From the IMG/VR virus record IMGVR_UViG_3300033067_000453, positions 1-29,442 of that record: 29,442 nucleotides of DNA. One strand, written 5' to 3'. Position 1 is the stretch's first letter. The number at the start of each line of letters is the position of its first letter. Positions 8,219 through 15,743 of this stretch are shown piece after piece. The stretch comes from a virus. Taxonomy: Duplodnaviria; Caudoviricetes. The notes beneath the pieces were generated by a model. That model made no database searches and had not been told where the DNA came from. It saw only the letters and a program-made list of their open reading frames with translations. A program made the position numbers and the translations under genes.

Positions 8219-8256
8219 AAACCCCCGGTGCGGGAAGGCGCCGGGGGTTTTTCTTT
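8219..8256 (+). terminator. Rho-independent terminator after portal
   Basis: AAACCCCCGGTGC-GGGAAG-GCGCCGGGGGTTT hairpin followed by TTCTTT. Confidence 0.85.
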
Positions 8257-8267
8257 GTGCCGGGGCC

Positions 8268-8299
8268 GTATGCGCGAAAAGAAAACCGCGCCGGACACT
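8268..8299 (+). promoter_or_regulatory. Putative late promoter, copy 3: GTATGCGCG-N17-GACACT
   Basis: Intergenic, immediately after the terminator. In-frame GTG lies 7 nt after the hexamer. Confidence 0.8.
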
Positions 8300-8305
8300 G
8301 CCAGC

Positions 8306-8650
8306 GTGTCAGAGGCAGATCACCTTTCAACGACCCGCACCGAGAAAGCCCAACGGGCCCAACTGGAGCGGCAAACCGAGATTGACGACCTGCACTGGCT
8401 GATGAGCGACAAGCGCGGGCGCCGCTTCATGTGGCGCCTGCTGACGAGTTCGGGCATCTACCGGTCGAGTTTTAACGTGGAACCGCTGGCCATGGCCTTC
8501 GCCGAAGGGCAGCGCAACACGGGGCTGAAGCTGGTGGACGAGATCACGCGGCACTGCGCGCATCGCTTTTCCGAGATGCAGAAGGAAGCAACGAAACATG
8601 AACATCGGTCTGAAAGCAAAGGCACCCCGCCTGCACGCACCCGAGGGTGA
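8306..8650 (+). CDS. Bbp19-like head-region protein
   Basis: DDLHWLMSDKRGRRFMWRLL..SGIYRSSF....MAFAEGQRNTGL motif; between portal and scaffold. Start placed at GTG 8306 because the 8228 ORF-track start lies inside the terminator. Confidence 0.8.
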   Translation: MSEADHLSTTRTEKAQRAQLERQTEIDDLHWLMSDKRGRRFMWRLLTSSGIYRSSFNVEPLAMAFAEGQRNTGLKLVDEITRHCAHRFSEMQKEATKHEHRSESKGTPPARTRG

Positions 8651-9350
8651 CGCCGGCGGCGGGGGCGGCGCTGCTGCGCCGGCGGACAGCTTGCTGGGTG
8701 GCGACACGCCCCCCGCTGGCGAACCTGCTTCGGCTGGAGCAGATGCCAAGCCTGCTGACGGGGCCGCCGCGCCTACACCCGGCGCCGACGGAAAACCGGC
8801 TGACGGAAAGCCCGCCGGGGATGGCAAACCCGTGGACGCGAAACCCGACGGCGACAAGCCGAAGGACGACGCACCGCAGGGCGCCCCCGAAAAGTACGAG
8901 GAATTCAAGCTGCCCGAGGGCTTGTCGCTCGACGCACCCGTCATGGATGCGTTCACGGCATTGGCAAAGGAAACGAACCTGCCGCAGGCAACTGCCCAGA
9001 AGTTCGTGGACCTGGCCGCCCAGATGCAGCAGAACACCGTCGCCCAAGTTCAGTCCGTCGTGGAAGCCCAGGCCGAAAAGTGGGGGCTTGACTCGAAGGC
9101 TGACAAGGAATTCGGCGGCGAAAAGTTCGACGAAAGCCTTGCCGTTGCCAAGTCCGCGCTGGATCGTTTCGGCACTCCCGAGCTGCGCACCCTGCTGAAC
9201 CAGTCGAAGCTGGGCAACCACCCCGAGGTGTTGCGCTTCATGTTTCGCGCTGGCCAAGCCATCAGCCAGGACGGTTTCGTCCCGGGCCGCAATGGCGCCC
9301 CCGCCAAAGACGCCCGTTCCATGTACTCCCAATCTAACATGAACCCCTGA
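8598..9350 (+). CDS. Capsid scaffolding/assembly protein
   Basis: Low-complexity Ala/Pro/Asp N-half, APEKYEEFKLPEG, DKEFGG, LGNHPEVLRFM..GQAISQD. Directly upstream of capsid gene; GAAGGA RBS. Confidence 0.85.
   Translation: MNIGLKAKAPRLHAPEGDAGGGGGAAAPADSLLGGDTPPAGEPASAGADAKPADGAAAPTPGADGKPADGKPAGDGKPVDAKPDGDKPKDDAPQGAPEKYEEFKLPEGLSLDAPVMDAFTALAKETNLPQATAQKFVDLAAQMQQNTVAQVQSVVEAQAEKWGLDSKADKEFGGEKFDESLAVAKSALDRFGTPELRTLLNQSKLGNHPEVLRFMFRAGQAISQDGFVPGRNGAPAKDARSMYSQSNMNP
8739..8870 (+). repeat. Degenerate (A/G/V)D(G/A)KP peptide repeats in scaffold
   Basis: ADAKP...ADGKP ADGKP AGDGKP VDAKP DGDKP in translation. Confidence 0.6.
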
Positions 9351-9360
9351 AAGGTAGCTC

Positions 9361-10359
9361 ATGACGACCCTAGCTTCTACCCACCCCACGCTGCTGGACC
9401 TGACCAGTCGCCTGGACAAGAACGGCAACGTGATCCCCGTGATCGAGATGCTGTCGCAAACCAACGAGGTGCTGGACGACGCCGTCTGGATCGAAGGCAA
9501 CGAGCTGACCGGCCACACCACGAGCGTGCGCACCGGCATCCCTGAGCCCACGTTCCGCAAGCTGTACGGCGGTGTGCAGCCCAGCAAGTCCACCAGCGTC
9601 AAGGTCCGCGAAGGCCTGGGCATGCTGGAAAACTACGCCGAAGTGGACCGCGCCCTGGCCGACCTGAACGGCAACAGCGCCGCCTGGCGCCTGAGCGAAG
9701 AAAGCGCCATCGTGGAAGGCTTCGGCCAGAAGCTGTCGCGCTACATGTTCTACGGCAACGAGGCCACCGAGCCCGAAGGTTTCACAGGCCTGGCGCCGCG
9801 TTTCAACGACCAGTCGGCCGTGAACGGCGAAAACATCCTGACTTCGGCGGCCACGCCTGACAGCACGGACAACGCGTCCATCTGGGTGGTGGTGTGGGGC
9901 CCGAACACCTGCCACATGATCTACCCGAAGGGTTCGCAGGCTGGCCTGAAGATCACCGACAAGGGCGCGGTCACGATTGAAAACGTGGACGGCGCTGGTG
10001 GTCGCATGGAAGCCTACCGCACCCACTACAAGTGGGACTGCGGCATGGTGGTGCGCGATTGGCGCTACATCGTGCGCGTCAACTTCGACCTGGAAGACAT
10101 CGTCGCATCCGGTGCCACCGGCCCGGTGCTGCGCGATCTGCTGGCCAAGGCCATGCGCCGTATCCCGAACCTGAACATGGGCCGCCCGGCCATCTACATG
10201 AACCGCGACTCGCTCGACGCGTTCGACCTGCAGATGAACCGCGACCCCCTGCTGCAGTTCCGCACGCAGGAGGAGGCCCAGGGCAAGTTCGTGACCCGCT
10301 TCCGTGGCGTCCCGATCCGCCGCGTGGACCAACTGCTGTCCACCGAATCCGGCATCTAA
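9361..10359 (+). CDS. Major capsid protein (BPP-1 Bbp17 / epsilon15 gp7-like)
   Basis: PTLLD, IEMLSQTNEVLDD, TSVRTGIP, EVDRALADLNGN, PEGFTGLAPRF, YRTHYKWDCG..VRDWRYIVR, FRGVPIRRVDQLL. Strong GC3 codon bias. Confidence 0.95.
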   Translation: MTTLASTHPTLLDLTSRLDKNGNVIPVIEMLSQTNEVLDDAVWIEGNELTGHTTSVRTGIPEPTFRKLYGGVQPSKSTSVKVREGLGMLENYAEVDRALADLNGNSAAWRLSEESAIVEGFGQKLSRYMFYGNEATEPEGFTGLAPRFNDQSAVNGENILTSAATPDSTDNASIWVVVWGPNTCHMIYPKGSQAGLKITDKGAVTIENVDGAGGRMEAYRTHYKWDCGMVVRDWRYIVRVNFDLEDIVASGATGPVLRDLLAKAMRRIPNLNMGRPAIYMNRDSLDAFDLQMNRDPLLQFRTQEEAQGKFVTRFRGVPIRRVDQLLSTESGI

Positions 10360-10380
10360 ACACTGAAAGGAAAAGACGTC

Positions 10381-10872
10381 ATGATTTTGGACGAACGCAA
10401 CGAATTTGCCGATGCCGTATCGGTGGCCGCCGCCGCAGGCACGGCCCTGATCGGCGACGTGATCGACCTGAAGCCTGCCACCACGTCCCCGAACACCACG
10501 GCGGACATCTCTGGCAGCGAGCTGTTCCTGGTCATCCAGACCGACACGGAAATCATCACCGGGGGCAGTGCTGGCACCATCCAGTTCTTCCTGGTGTCTG
10601 ATGCCCTGGCCACGCTGGGCGCCGGTGTGGTGGCTGACTGCACCACGCACGTCGCCACGCCGGTGTTCGTGACCGACGACGCGGCTGCCAACTCCGCCGA
10701 GCTCAACGCTGGCGGGGTCATCTACTGCGGCAAACTGCCTGCAGGCAGCTACGAGCGCTACTTGGGCATCCTTGCCACCGTGGCGACCACCACCGTCACG
10801 GCTGGCAAGATCAACGCGTTCCTGACCGCTGACCCGGCCAAGTACCGCGCGTACGCCGACAACGTCGCGTAA
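10381..10872 (+). CDS. Capsid cement/decoration protein (Bbp16-like)
   Basis: MILD..EFAD, DVIDL, YERYLG...TAGKINAFLT...Y motifs; GAAAGGAAA RBS; follows capsid gene. Confidence 0.88.
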   Translation: MILDERNEFADAVSVAAAAGTALIGDVIDLKPATTSPNTTADISGSELFLVIQTDTEIITGGSAGTIQFFLVSDALATLGAGVVADCTTHVATPVFVTDDAAANSAELNAGGVIYCGKLPAGSYERYLGILATVATTTVTAGKINAFLTADPAKYRAYADNVA

Positions 10873-10883
10873 TCGGGGGCGCC

Positions 10884-11177
10884 ATGACTGACAAGCAAGA
10901 ACTCAAGGTGGGTGACACCGTCAAGCTGATCGCCGTGGAACGCGGTTTCCGCGGGGGCGAGCTGGTGGAACGCGGCACGAAGTTCAACTTCACCGTCACG
11001 GCGCTGGGCAAGGACGGCACGGCGCGGCTGCCCAAGTGGGCACAGATGGCTGACAAACCCCTGCCGCCCCCGAAGCGCGCAGCGGGCGACCTGAAGCCCG
11101 TGGCGGCCCAGAAGGCCGTCAAGGGCAAGGCCGCGCAGCTGACGGGCAACGCCGAGGCCGACGCGTCCCTGGCCTGA
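10884..11177 (+). CDS. Hypothetical virion-region protein
   Basis: GGGGG RBS; AVERGFRGG..ERGTKF...PKW pattern; between cement gene and terminator. Confidence 0.7.
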   Translation: MTDKQELKVGDTVKLIAVERGFRGGELVERGTKFNFTVTALGKDGTARLPKWAQMADKPLPPPKRAAGDLKPVAAQKAVKGKAAQLTGNAEADASLA

Positions 11178-11196
11178 CGGCAGGCGGTTGAAGACC

Positions 11197-11222
11197 AGGG
11201 GCCGCCGCGTGCGGCCCTTTTT
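11197..11222 (+). terminator. Rho-independent terminator after head genes
   Basis: AGGGGCCGC-CGCGT-GCGGCCCTT stem-loop followed by a short T run. Confidence 0.75.
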
Positions 11223-11239
11223 CCAACAGGATCAGGACC

Positions 11240-11896
11240 ATGCCCACCAGCGAAGTCGATATCTGCTGTCTGGCCTTGTCGCACCTGGGCGACGAGGCCA
11301 TGGTCACCAGCATCGTGCCGCCTGACGGCACGGTGCAGGCCGCGCACTGCAAGCGGTTCTACCCGTTCGCGCGCGACCTGCTGCTGGAGGCGCACCCCTG
11401 GACGTTCGCCACGCGCCGCGTGGCGCTGGCCGTGACGGCCAACCCGTCGCCTTTCGACTGGTCGTTCGCCTACGAACTGCCGTCAGACTGCATCCGCCCC
11501 CTGTCGGCCCTGCTGCCGGGCACGCCCGAGATCTACTACGGCACGGAAACCGACGCGGGCAGCCACCCCTACCTGGTCGAGACTGACGCCGACGGCGACA
11601 AGGTGTTGTTCACCAACGTGGAAACCGCCGTGCTGCGGTACATCGCGGTGACGACTGACACGTCCAAATACACGCCGGGGTTCACCCTGTCGTTGTCCCG
11701 GCTGCTGGCCGCCTACCTGGCCGGGCCAATCATCAAGGGCAGCGAAGGCATGCAGGTGTCCCAGGCCCAGCTGAAGTGGTTTGACATTGAATACCGCAAG
11801 GCCGCCGCGGCTGATGCCAACACCGGCAAGCGCAACACCTACACCACCCGCCTGCCGTCGCACATCGCCGCGCGCGGGGGCTTTCGCCTGCAATGA
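11240..11896 (+). CDS. Tail tubular protein A / head-tail adaptor (T7 gp11-like)
   Basis: SEVDIC.LALSHLGD, HCKRFYP.ARD.LLE.HPW.FA..RV.L, AYELPSDC, F..LS.LLA.YLAGP; CAGGA RBS. Confidence 0.88.
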   Translation: MPTSEVDICCLALSHLGDEAMVTSIVPPDGTVQAAHCKRFYPFARDLLLEAHPWTFATRRVALAVTANPSPFDWSFAYELPSDCIRPLSALLPGTPEIYYGTETDAGSHPYLVETDADGDKVLFTNVETAVLRYIAVTTDTSKYTPGFTLSLSRLLAAYLAGPIIKGSEGMQVSQAQLKWFDIEYRKAAAADANTGKRNTYTTRLPSHIAARGGFRLQ

Positions 11897-14673
11897 CCGC
11901 CAAGACGTACCTTCGGTCCTTCGCCGCTGGTGAGCTGTCGCCGCAGCTGTTTGGTCGGCTGGACCTGGGCAAGTTCCAGACTGGCGTGGCCAAGGCGCTG
12001 AATTTCATCGTGACGCCCCAGGGCCCGATAGAAAACCGGCCCGGCTTTGCCTACGTCAACAAGGCGAAATACGAGGACCGCCGCGCAGTGTTGATCCCCT
12101 TTACGTACAACAGCGCGCAGACGTTCGTGGTCGAGTTCGGCGTCCAGTACGTGCGGTTCCACACCAACGGCGCCACGCTGCTGGAGGCGGGGAAGACCAT
12201 CAACGGCATCACCCAGGCAAGCCCCGGCGTGTTCACCGTTCCCGCTCACGGCTACCAGAACAACAACTGGGTGTTTCTCGCGTCCGTGGGCGGCATGACC
12301 AGTCTGTCGGGCCGGTGCTGCATCGTGCAGGGAGTCACCACCAACACGTTTACCCTGACGGACCTGTTTGGCAACCCCATCAGCACGGCTGCCCTTGACG
12401 CGTACAGCGGCGGGGGCGTGGTCGCCCGGGTGTACGAGCTGGCCACGCCGTACCTGGAAAACGATCTGTTCGACCTGCACTACGTGCAAAGCGCGGACGT
12501 CATGACGATCTGCCACCCGGCGTATGCGCCGCGCGAGCTGCGCCGGCTATCAGCCGCAAGCTGGCAACTCAGCACGATCAGCTTTCTGCCCACGATCAGC
12601 ACGCCAGCCGCGCCGGCCGCCACGGCGGTGGGGTCGAGCGGGACACCCGAGGATCACACCTACGTGTGCACGGCCCTGGCGGCCGACACGCTGGAGGAAT
12701 CGCTGGCGTCACCGCCGGACACGGTGTCCAATGATCTGACAACCGCCGGCCAGTACAACGAGATTCAGCCCAGTACTGTGGCGGAAGGCCTGCGCTACAA
12801 CGTCTACAAGCTGAAAAACGGGCTGTACGGCTACATCGGTCAGACCGACGGATCGCTGTTCAAAGACAACAACATCACGCCGGACATGCTCCAGACCCCG
12901 CCCCTGGCGAACGATCCGTTTGCCATCGGCGCGATCACCGCCGTCACGGTGACGGCTGGCGGCACCGGCTACGGGTCCGTGCCCCAGACCGGTGGGGCGA
13001 TCACGGCCGTGGTCGTGACAAACGGCGGCGCGGGGGGTTACGTGGCGCCCGCGGCCAGCGCGGCCGGCGGGGGCAGCGGCGCCACGTTCAACGTCACGGA
13101 AGCGGCCGGCGTGGTCACGGCGGTGGCTGTGACGAACGGAGGCTCGCTGTACGTCAGCCCCACCATCACGATCACCGACGGTGGCCCAGGTGCAGGCGCC
13201 ACGGCCACCGCCACGGCATCGGCCATCGTGGATCACGTCGTGACGCTGACCGTCACCGACAGCAGCGGGCCGGGCACCGGCGCCGTGCTGGAGCCCGTGG
13301 TCATCGGCGGCGTCATCACCGGCGTGCGCGTGGTGGCCGGCGGGAGTGGCTACGTGTCACCCGTGGTGACCGTCACCGATGCCGCCGGGGGCAGTGGCGC
13401 CACTTTCGCCGTGCCCACCGTCACAGGCAGCGGGGTCAACCCCTGGGCCGTCAGCTATTTTGAACAGCGCCGCTGCTTCGGCGGCACCTACGAAAAGCCC
13501 CAAAACATCTGGATGACGCGCTCGGGCACCGAGCGAAACATGTCTTACAGCATCCCAACGCAGGACGACGACAGCATCGGCTTGCGCATCGTGGCGCGCG
13601 AGGCGCAATACGTGCGCCACCTGGTGCCGTTGAATAACCTGATCGCCCTGACGTCGGGCGGCGAGTGGCGCATCGAGTCCGCGGGCAGCGATGCGCTGAC
13701 GCCCACCAGCGTGCGGCCCAAGCCCCAGGGCTACGTGGGCGCGTCCGGCGTGCAGCCGGTGGTGACCAGTCGATCGGTGCTGTACGCACCGGCGCGCGGC
13801 AATCACATCCGCGAGCTGTCGTACCGGTGGGAAACACAGGCCTACGAGGCCGAAGACGTGACCATCATGGCGCCGCACCTGTTCGATTACAAAACGACGC
13901 TGCAGATGGCCTACAGCAAGGCCCCGACCCAGATCCTGTGGGCGGTGCGCAATGACGGCGTGCTGCTGGGCATGACGCACGTACCCGAGCACGAGGTCAA
14001 GGCCTGGCACCAGCACACCACGGCTGGCGTGTTTGAGTCCATCTGCGCCGTGGCCGAGGGTGACGAGGACGGCGTGTACGCCATCGTGCGCCGCACCATC
14101 AACGGGCGCAGCGTGCGCTACATCGAGCGCATGCGTTCACGTCAGGCCGCCACGCTGGCCGACAGCTCTTTCCTGGACGCGGGCGCCACCTATACAGGCG
14201 CGGCCACCAGCACGATCACCGGGCTGCACCATCTGGAGGGCGCGCAGGTCACGGTGCTGGCCGACGGTGGCGTGGAAGGGCCCAAGACCGTCACCGGCGG
14301 CACCATTACGCTGGACGCGCCGGCCAGCAAGGTGCACGTTGGCCTGCCCTACAACGCCGACGCGCAGACCCTGCCGTGGGCCTACGAGCGCGCCGCGGCC
14401 CTGGGGCAGGGCTCGGACAAGAACATCAACGGCGTGAGCCTGCGCATGCTGGTGTCGTCAGGCGTCAAGGTCGGGCCCAGCTTCGACAAGCTGCTCGAAT
14501 ACCCGCAGCGCACGACCGAGCCCCTGGGTACGGCGCAGCAGCCCGCCACCGGCGTGGTGGACATAAAGATCAGCCCGCAGTGGCAGCGGGACGGGTCGCT
14601 GTGCGTGCGGCAAAGCCATCCCCTGCCGTTGACGCTGCAGGCCCTGGTGCTGGAGGTGGCATCCGGTGGCTGA
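11893..14673 (+). CDS. Tail tubular protein B / nozzle (T7 gp12-like) with FCCH-like and GGxGY-repeat insertions
   Basis: SFAAGELSP.LFGR.DL, NF...QGP..NRPG, QSADVM, PWAVSYFEQRRCFGG, AWHQH, FLDAG, ITGLHHLEG, VHVGLPY, Q.HPLPLTL. Confidence 0.92.
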   Translation: MTAKTYLRSFAAGELSPQLFGRLDLGKFQTGVAKALNFIVTPQGPIENRPGFAYVNKAKYEDRRAVLIPFTYNSAQTFVVEFGVQYVRFHTNGATLLEAGKTINGITQASPGVFTVPAHGYQNNNWVFLASVGGMTSLSGRCCIVQGVTTNTFTLTDLFGNPISTAALDAYSGGGVVARVYELATPYLENDLFDLHYVQSADVMTICHPAYAPRELRRLSAASWQLSTISFLPTISTPAAPAATAVGSSGTPEDHTYVCTALAADTLEESLASPPDTVSNDLTTAGQYNEIQPSTVAEGLRYNVYKLKNGLYGYIGQTDGSLFKDNNITPDMLQTPPLANDPFAIGAITAVTVTAGGTGYGSVPQTGGAITAVVVTNGGAGGYVAPAASAAGGGSGATFNVTEAAGVVTAVAVTNGGSLYVSPTITITDGGPGAGATATATASAIVDHVVTLTVTDSSGPGTGAVLEPVVIGGVITGVRVVAGGSGYVSPVVTVTDAAGGSGATFAVPTVTGSGVNPWAVSYFEQRRCFGGTYEKPQNIWMTRSGTERNMSYSIPTQDDDSIGLRIVAREAQYVRHLVPLNNLIALTSGGEWRIESAGSDALTPTSVRPKPQGYVGASGVQPVVTSRSVLYAPARGNHIRELSYRWETQAYEAEDVTIMAPHLFDYKTTLQMAYSKAPTQILWAVRNDGVLLGMTHVPEHEVKAWHQHTTAGVFESICAVAEGDEDGVYAIVRRTINGRSVRYIERMRSRQAATLADSSFLDAGATYTGAATSTITGLHHLEGAQVTVLADGGVEGPKTVTGGTITLDAPASKVHVGLPYNADAQTLPWAYERAAALGQGSDKNINGVSLRMLVSSGVKVGPSFDKLLEYPQRTTEPLGTAQQPATGVVDIKISPQWQRDGSLCVRQSHPLPLTLQALVLEVASGG

Positions 14674-15142
14674 AGTGCGCCGCGCCACCCCCGACGACGT
14701 GCCGGCCATGGTCGCCATGGGCCGCGCGCTGCACGACGAAAGCCCGCGGTACCGCGACATGCCGTTCAGCGAGCGCAAGCTGGTGGACCTGGCTGCCCGG
14801 CTGCGCGGCACGCTGTTGTCCGAGGACGCCGCCATGTTCGTGGCCACGGCCGGCGACGCACTGGTGGGCATGGCCGTGGTAGTGACGCAGCCCCGGTTCT
14901 TCAACGACGAGCGGTTCCTGACCGACCTGACGGTGTACGTCAAGCCCGAGCACAGGGGGGGGCGTGCTTTTCTGCGGCTGGTGAACGCCTGGGAAACCTG
15001 GGCGGTGCAGCAGGGCGTGCTGGACCTGGCCATCGGCGTCAGCACGGAGATCAACGCGCAGGCCACCGTATGCGCGTATGAGCGGCTGGGCTACAGACTC
15101 GCCGGATACACGATGGTGAAGTCACTACGTCATGGGCATTGA
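14666..15142 (+). CDS. GNAT-fold acetyltransferase-like protein (T7 gp13 position)
   Basis: VRRATPDDVPAM, LVGMAV, VYVKPEHRGGRA acetyl-CoA-binding motif A, YERLGY. GGAGG RBS. Confidence 0.85.
   Translation: MAEVRRATPDDVPAMVAMGRALHDESPRYRDMPFSERKLVDLAARLRGTLLSEDAAMFVATAGDALVGMAVVVTQPRFFNDERFLTDLTVYVKPEHRGGRAFLRLVNAWETWAVQQGVLDLAIGVSTEINAQATVCAYERLGYRLAGYTMVKSLRHGH
15068..15099 (+). promoter_or_regulatory. Putative late promoter, copy 4: GTATGCGCG-N17-CAGACT
   Basis: Exact 9-mer with CC prefix, 17-nt spacer. Lies in the GNAT 3' end, about 32 nt before the ejection-protein genes. Confidence 0.75.
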
Positions 15143-15743
15143 AACCGCTGCTTTCTCCACCGCCATCGGCGCTGTAGCCCCAGCCATCCAGGTCGCGGGC
15201 GCAGGCCTGAGCGCGGCCACGGCTTTCAGCAACAGCCGGTCCACCCGGTCAGCCTACGAGGCCCAAGCCCAGGTCGCGCGCAATAACGCCGTCATTGCTG
15301 GCTGGCAGGCCGACGACGCCCTGGCGCGCGGCGACCGCGCCGTGAGCCTGCAGCGCAGCAAAACCCGCCAGCTCAAGGGCGCGCAGCGCGCCGCGATGGC
15401 TGCCAACGGCGTGGACCTGAACCAGGGGTCCGCGCTGAACATCCTGTCCGACACCGAGCTGTTCGGCCAGATGGACGCCGACACCATCGCCGACAACACC
15501 GCCAAGGAAGCCTGGGCACTGCGCAACCAGGCTGCCGGCTACACCGATGCCGCTGCGGCGGCGGCTGCACGTGCCAGCAGCGAAAGCCCGCTGATGGCCA
15601 CGGCAGGCTCGTTGCTGTCCAGCGCGGGCCGCGTGGCCGGCCGCTGGTACACCGGATCAGGCTCCAGCGGACGCGACCCTTACGGCCCGCCCCCCATTTT
15701 CCCTGAGGGTCAGGGTGACCGCCGCAAGATCGGGGTGTACTGA
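15132..15743 (+). CDS. Internal virion/ejection protein 1 (T7 gp14-like)
   Basis: Hydrophobic Ala/Gly N-terminus, QAQVARNNA..A..QADDALARG, GAQRAAMAANGVDLNQGSA. Gene position. Confidence 0.82.
   Translation: MGIETAAFSTAIGAVAPAIQVAGAGLSAATAFSNSRSTRSAYEAQAQVARNNAVIAGWQADDALARGDRAVSLQRSKTRQLKGAQRAAMAANGVDLNQGSALNILSDTELFGQMDADTIADNTAKEAWALRNQAAGYTDAAAAAAARASSESPLMATAGSLLSSAGRVAGRWYTGSGSSGRDPYGPPPIFPEGQGDRRKIGVY

Noticed and set aside
8228-8305. ORF-track N-terminal extension of the Bbp19-like gene, and ORF 8181-8402
   Set aside because: They run through the terminator and promoter; GTG 8306 fits better.
12522-12553. GTATGCGCC near-match to the promoter box inside tube B
   Set aside because: 8/9 match without CC prefix; hexamer at N17 is TATCAG (no terminal T); mid-gene with no downstream start.
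12931-13434. GGxGY repeats as a CRISPR array or DNA tandem repeat
   Set aside because: Similarity is at protein level with divergent codons and no fixed repeat-spacer period.
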